Below are positions 46,193 through 47,323 of a DNA stretch of 47,323 nt, one piece after another. Source of the stretch: Candidatus Humimicrobiales bacterium (lineage in GTDB: Bacteria > Actinomycetota > Humimicrobiia > Humimicrobiales > Humimicrobiaceae). Position numbers and translations under genes: made by a program. The stretch spans positions 1 through 47,323 of the forward strand of contig JBBQDW010000001.1 in the NCBI GenBank assembly GCA_038320085.1, in the 5' to 3' direction. Position 1 is the stretch's first letter; each line of letters begins with the position of its first letter. The notes under the pieces were generated by a model. That model saw nothing but the letters and a program-made list of their open reading frames with translations. It made no database searches and was not told the DNA's origin.

Positions 46193-47323
46193 CTATAATC
46201 CAAGAACCCCGGTTACAAATTGTTTCATATCCTGAATGCTGCAAATATTATCATGAAGAACTTGTTTTTCCCCAATACCTTTCAGAGGTTTCGGTATCTG
46301 CAGACCCGTGATTTCCGAGAGTTTTAAAAGCATCTCAAACTCGTCAAGATCCTTATACTCAGAAAAATCATTGCTAATGGCTTTAAGCACACTTCCCGGA
46401 AATTTAAAAGGGCTTGCGGTTGAGGCAATCACTGTTTTTGTGCGGTCGCTTGTATCCTCAAGATACTCCTTGTATACAAAATAGCCGACAGCGGTATGAG
46501 TGTCCATCAGGTATTTATGTTCCCTGTAAGCCTGCCTTACAGCTTCAAGAGTCTGGGCCCCTGTTGCATATCCACCCCAGAAAGGCGCAAGCCGCTCCTT
46601 CATGGCTTCATCCAGACTAAAGGTCCCTGTTTTGGCAAGGCTGTCAAAAAGTTGGACCAGTTTTGAAGAATCTCTTTCACAAAGGTCATATATTAACCTT
46701 TCAAGATTGCTGGAAATCAGTATATCCATTGAAGGCGAAGAAGTGAGCTTTAACGTCCTGTTTTTATCATACACACCCGTATTTATAAAATCATATAAAA
46801 CATTGTTTTCATTTGAAGCGCAAATAAACCTCTTTACAGGAAGCCCCATTTCCCTTGCATAATAAGATGCCAGGATATTGCCAAAATTTCCTGTTGGGAC
46901 AACGACATTTATTTCTTCGCCTTCCACAATCTCGCCCGACTGCAGAAGCCTTAAATATGCATGAAAATAATAGGCAACCTGGGGAATTAATCGTCCTATA
47001 TTAATAGAGTTTGCGGAAGAAAACAGAAAGTTTTTCTTTTGCGCAAGCTCATTAAAATCCCTGTCATTAAATATATTTTTTACGCCTGTCTGCGCGTCAT
47101 CAAAATTTCCCTCAATTGCGCATACGTAAGTATTATTGCCGGTCTGCGTTGTCATCTGCCTTTCCTGGACAGGGCTTATTCCATTGTTAGGATAAAAAAC
47201 AATTATCTTTGTTCCTGGAACGTCGGAAAAGCTCTCCAGCGCTGCCTTGCCTGTATCCCCGCTGGTTGCGGTCAGGATGACAATCTCATTATTTATTGCA
47301 TTTTTTTTTGCCGCCGTTGTTAA
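46193..47323 (-). CDS. thrC: Threonine synthase (5'-truncated by the window edge)
   Basis: The reading frame stays open upstream of the track's Met at 47155, all the way to the window edge. It encodes ...EIVILTATSGDTGKAALESF..GTKIIVFYPNNGISPVQERQM..., typical of the long ThrC form. Confidence 0.9.
   Translation of the reverse strand, partial: LTTAAKKNAINNEIVILTATSGDTGKAALESFSDVPGTKIIVFYPNNGISPVQERQMTTQTGNNTYVCAIEGNFDDAQTGVKNIFNDRDFNELAQKKNFLFSSANSINIGRLIPQVAYYFHAYLRLLQSGEIVEGEEINVVVPTGNFGNILASYYAREMGLPVKRFICASNENNVLYDFINTGVYDKNRTLKLTSSPSMDILISSNLERLIYDLCERDSSKLVQLFDSLAKTGTFSLDEAMKERLAPFWGGYATGAQTLEAVRQAYREHKYLMDTHTAVGYFVYKEYLEDTSDRTKTVIASTASPFKFPGSVLKAISNDFSEYKDLDEFEMLLKLSEITGLQIPKPLKGIGEKQVLHDNICSIQDMKQFVTGVLGL

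Overview
This is a 47.3-kb low-GC bacterial chromosomal segment, almost entirely housekeeping. The gene order is reminiscent of Bacillota (rho-rpmE...prfA-prmC / tsaC-ywlE-glyA / atpIBEFHAGDC-murA).

Contents, left to right:
- a VapBC-type (RHH + PIN) toxin-antitoxin pair, plus a possible nucleotidyltransferase gene remnant
- envelope-polysaccharide genes (polyprenyl-phosphate sugar transferase, CapD/PglF-type dehydratase, a long LCP-family protein) and murA
- the complete F1Fo ATP synthase operon
- a GalT-family nucleotidyltransferase
- a CheY-like receiver and a GAF-PAS histidine kinase whose start overlaps the glgA stop
- a divergent glgB-GH57-malQ-glgC glycogen operon
- dCMP deaminase, then a small membrane protein, tsaC, an LMW phosphatase and glyA
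- prmC, prfA, DUF1385, thyX, rpmE, rho
- a Trp-specific T-box leader in front of an orphan trpB2
- an AT-rich AAA+ (DUF4143-type) ATPase
- sppA, an ApgM-family gene, and the 3' part of thrC, which runs off the window

I recognised no rRNA, tRNA, CRISPR, transposase or integrase, and I see no convincing novel defence-type system.

What stands out:
1. Short tandem-repeat arrays sit in many intergenic spacers. Several are seeded inside the last codons of a gene and continue into its 3' flank.
2. A two-component system is embedded in the glycogen cluster and translationally coupled to it.
3. GlgA, GlgB and MalQ all carry lineage-specific low-complexity or repeat insertions.
4. There is a promoter-plus-terminator unit (candidate sRNA) on the strand opposite its neighbours.
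5. A small hydrophobic ORF lies behind a consensus promoter in an otherwise empty 790-nt convergent spacer.
6. The AAA+ ATPase gene has a near-consensus promoter embedded in a perfect 15-bp inverted repeat.

All functional calls rest on motif recognition by eye, not on database searches.
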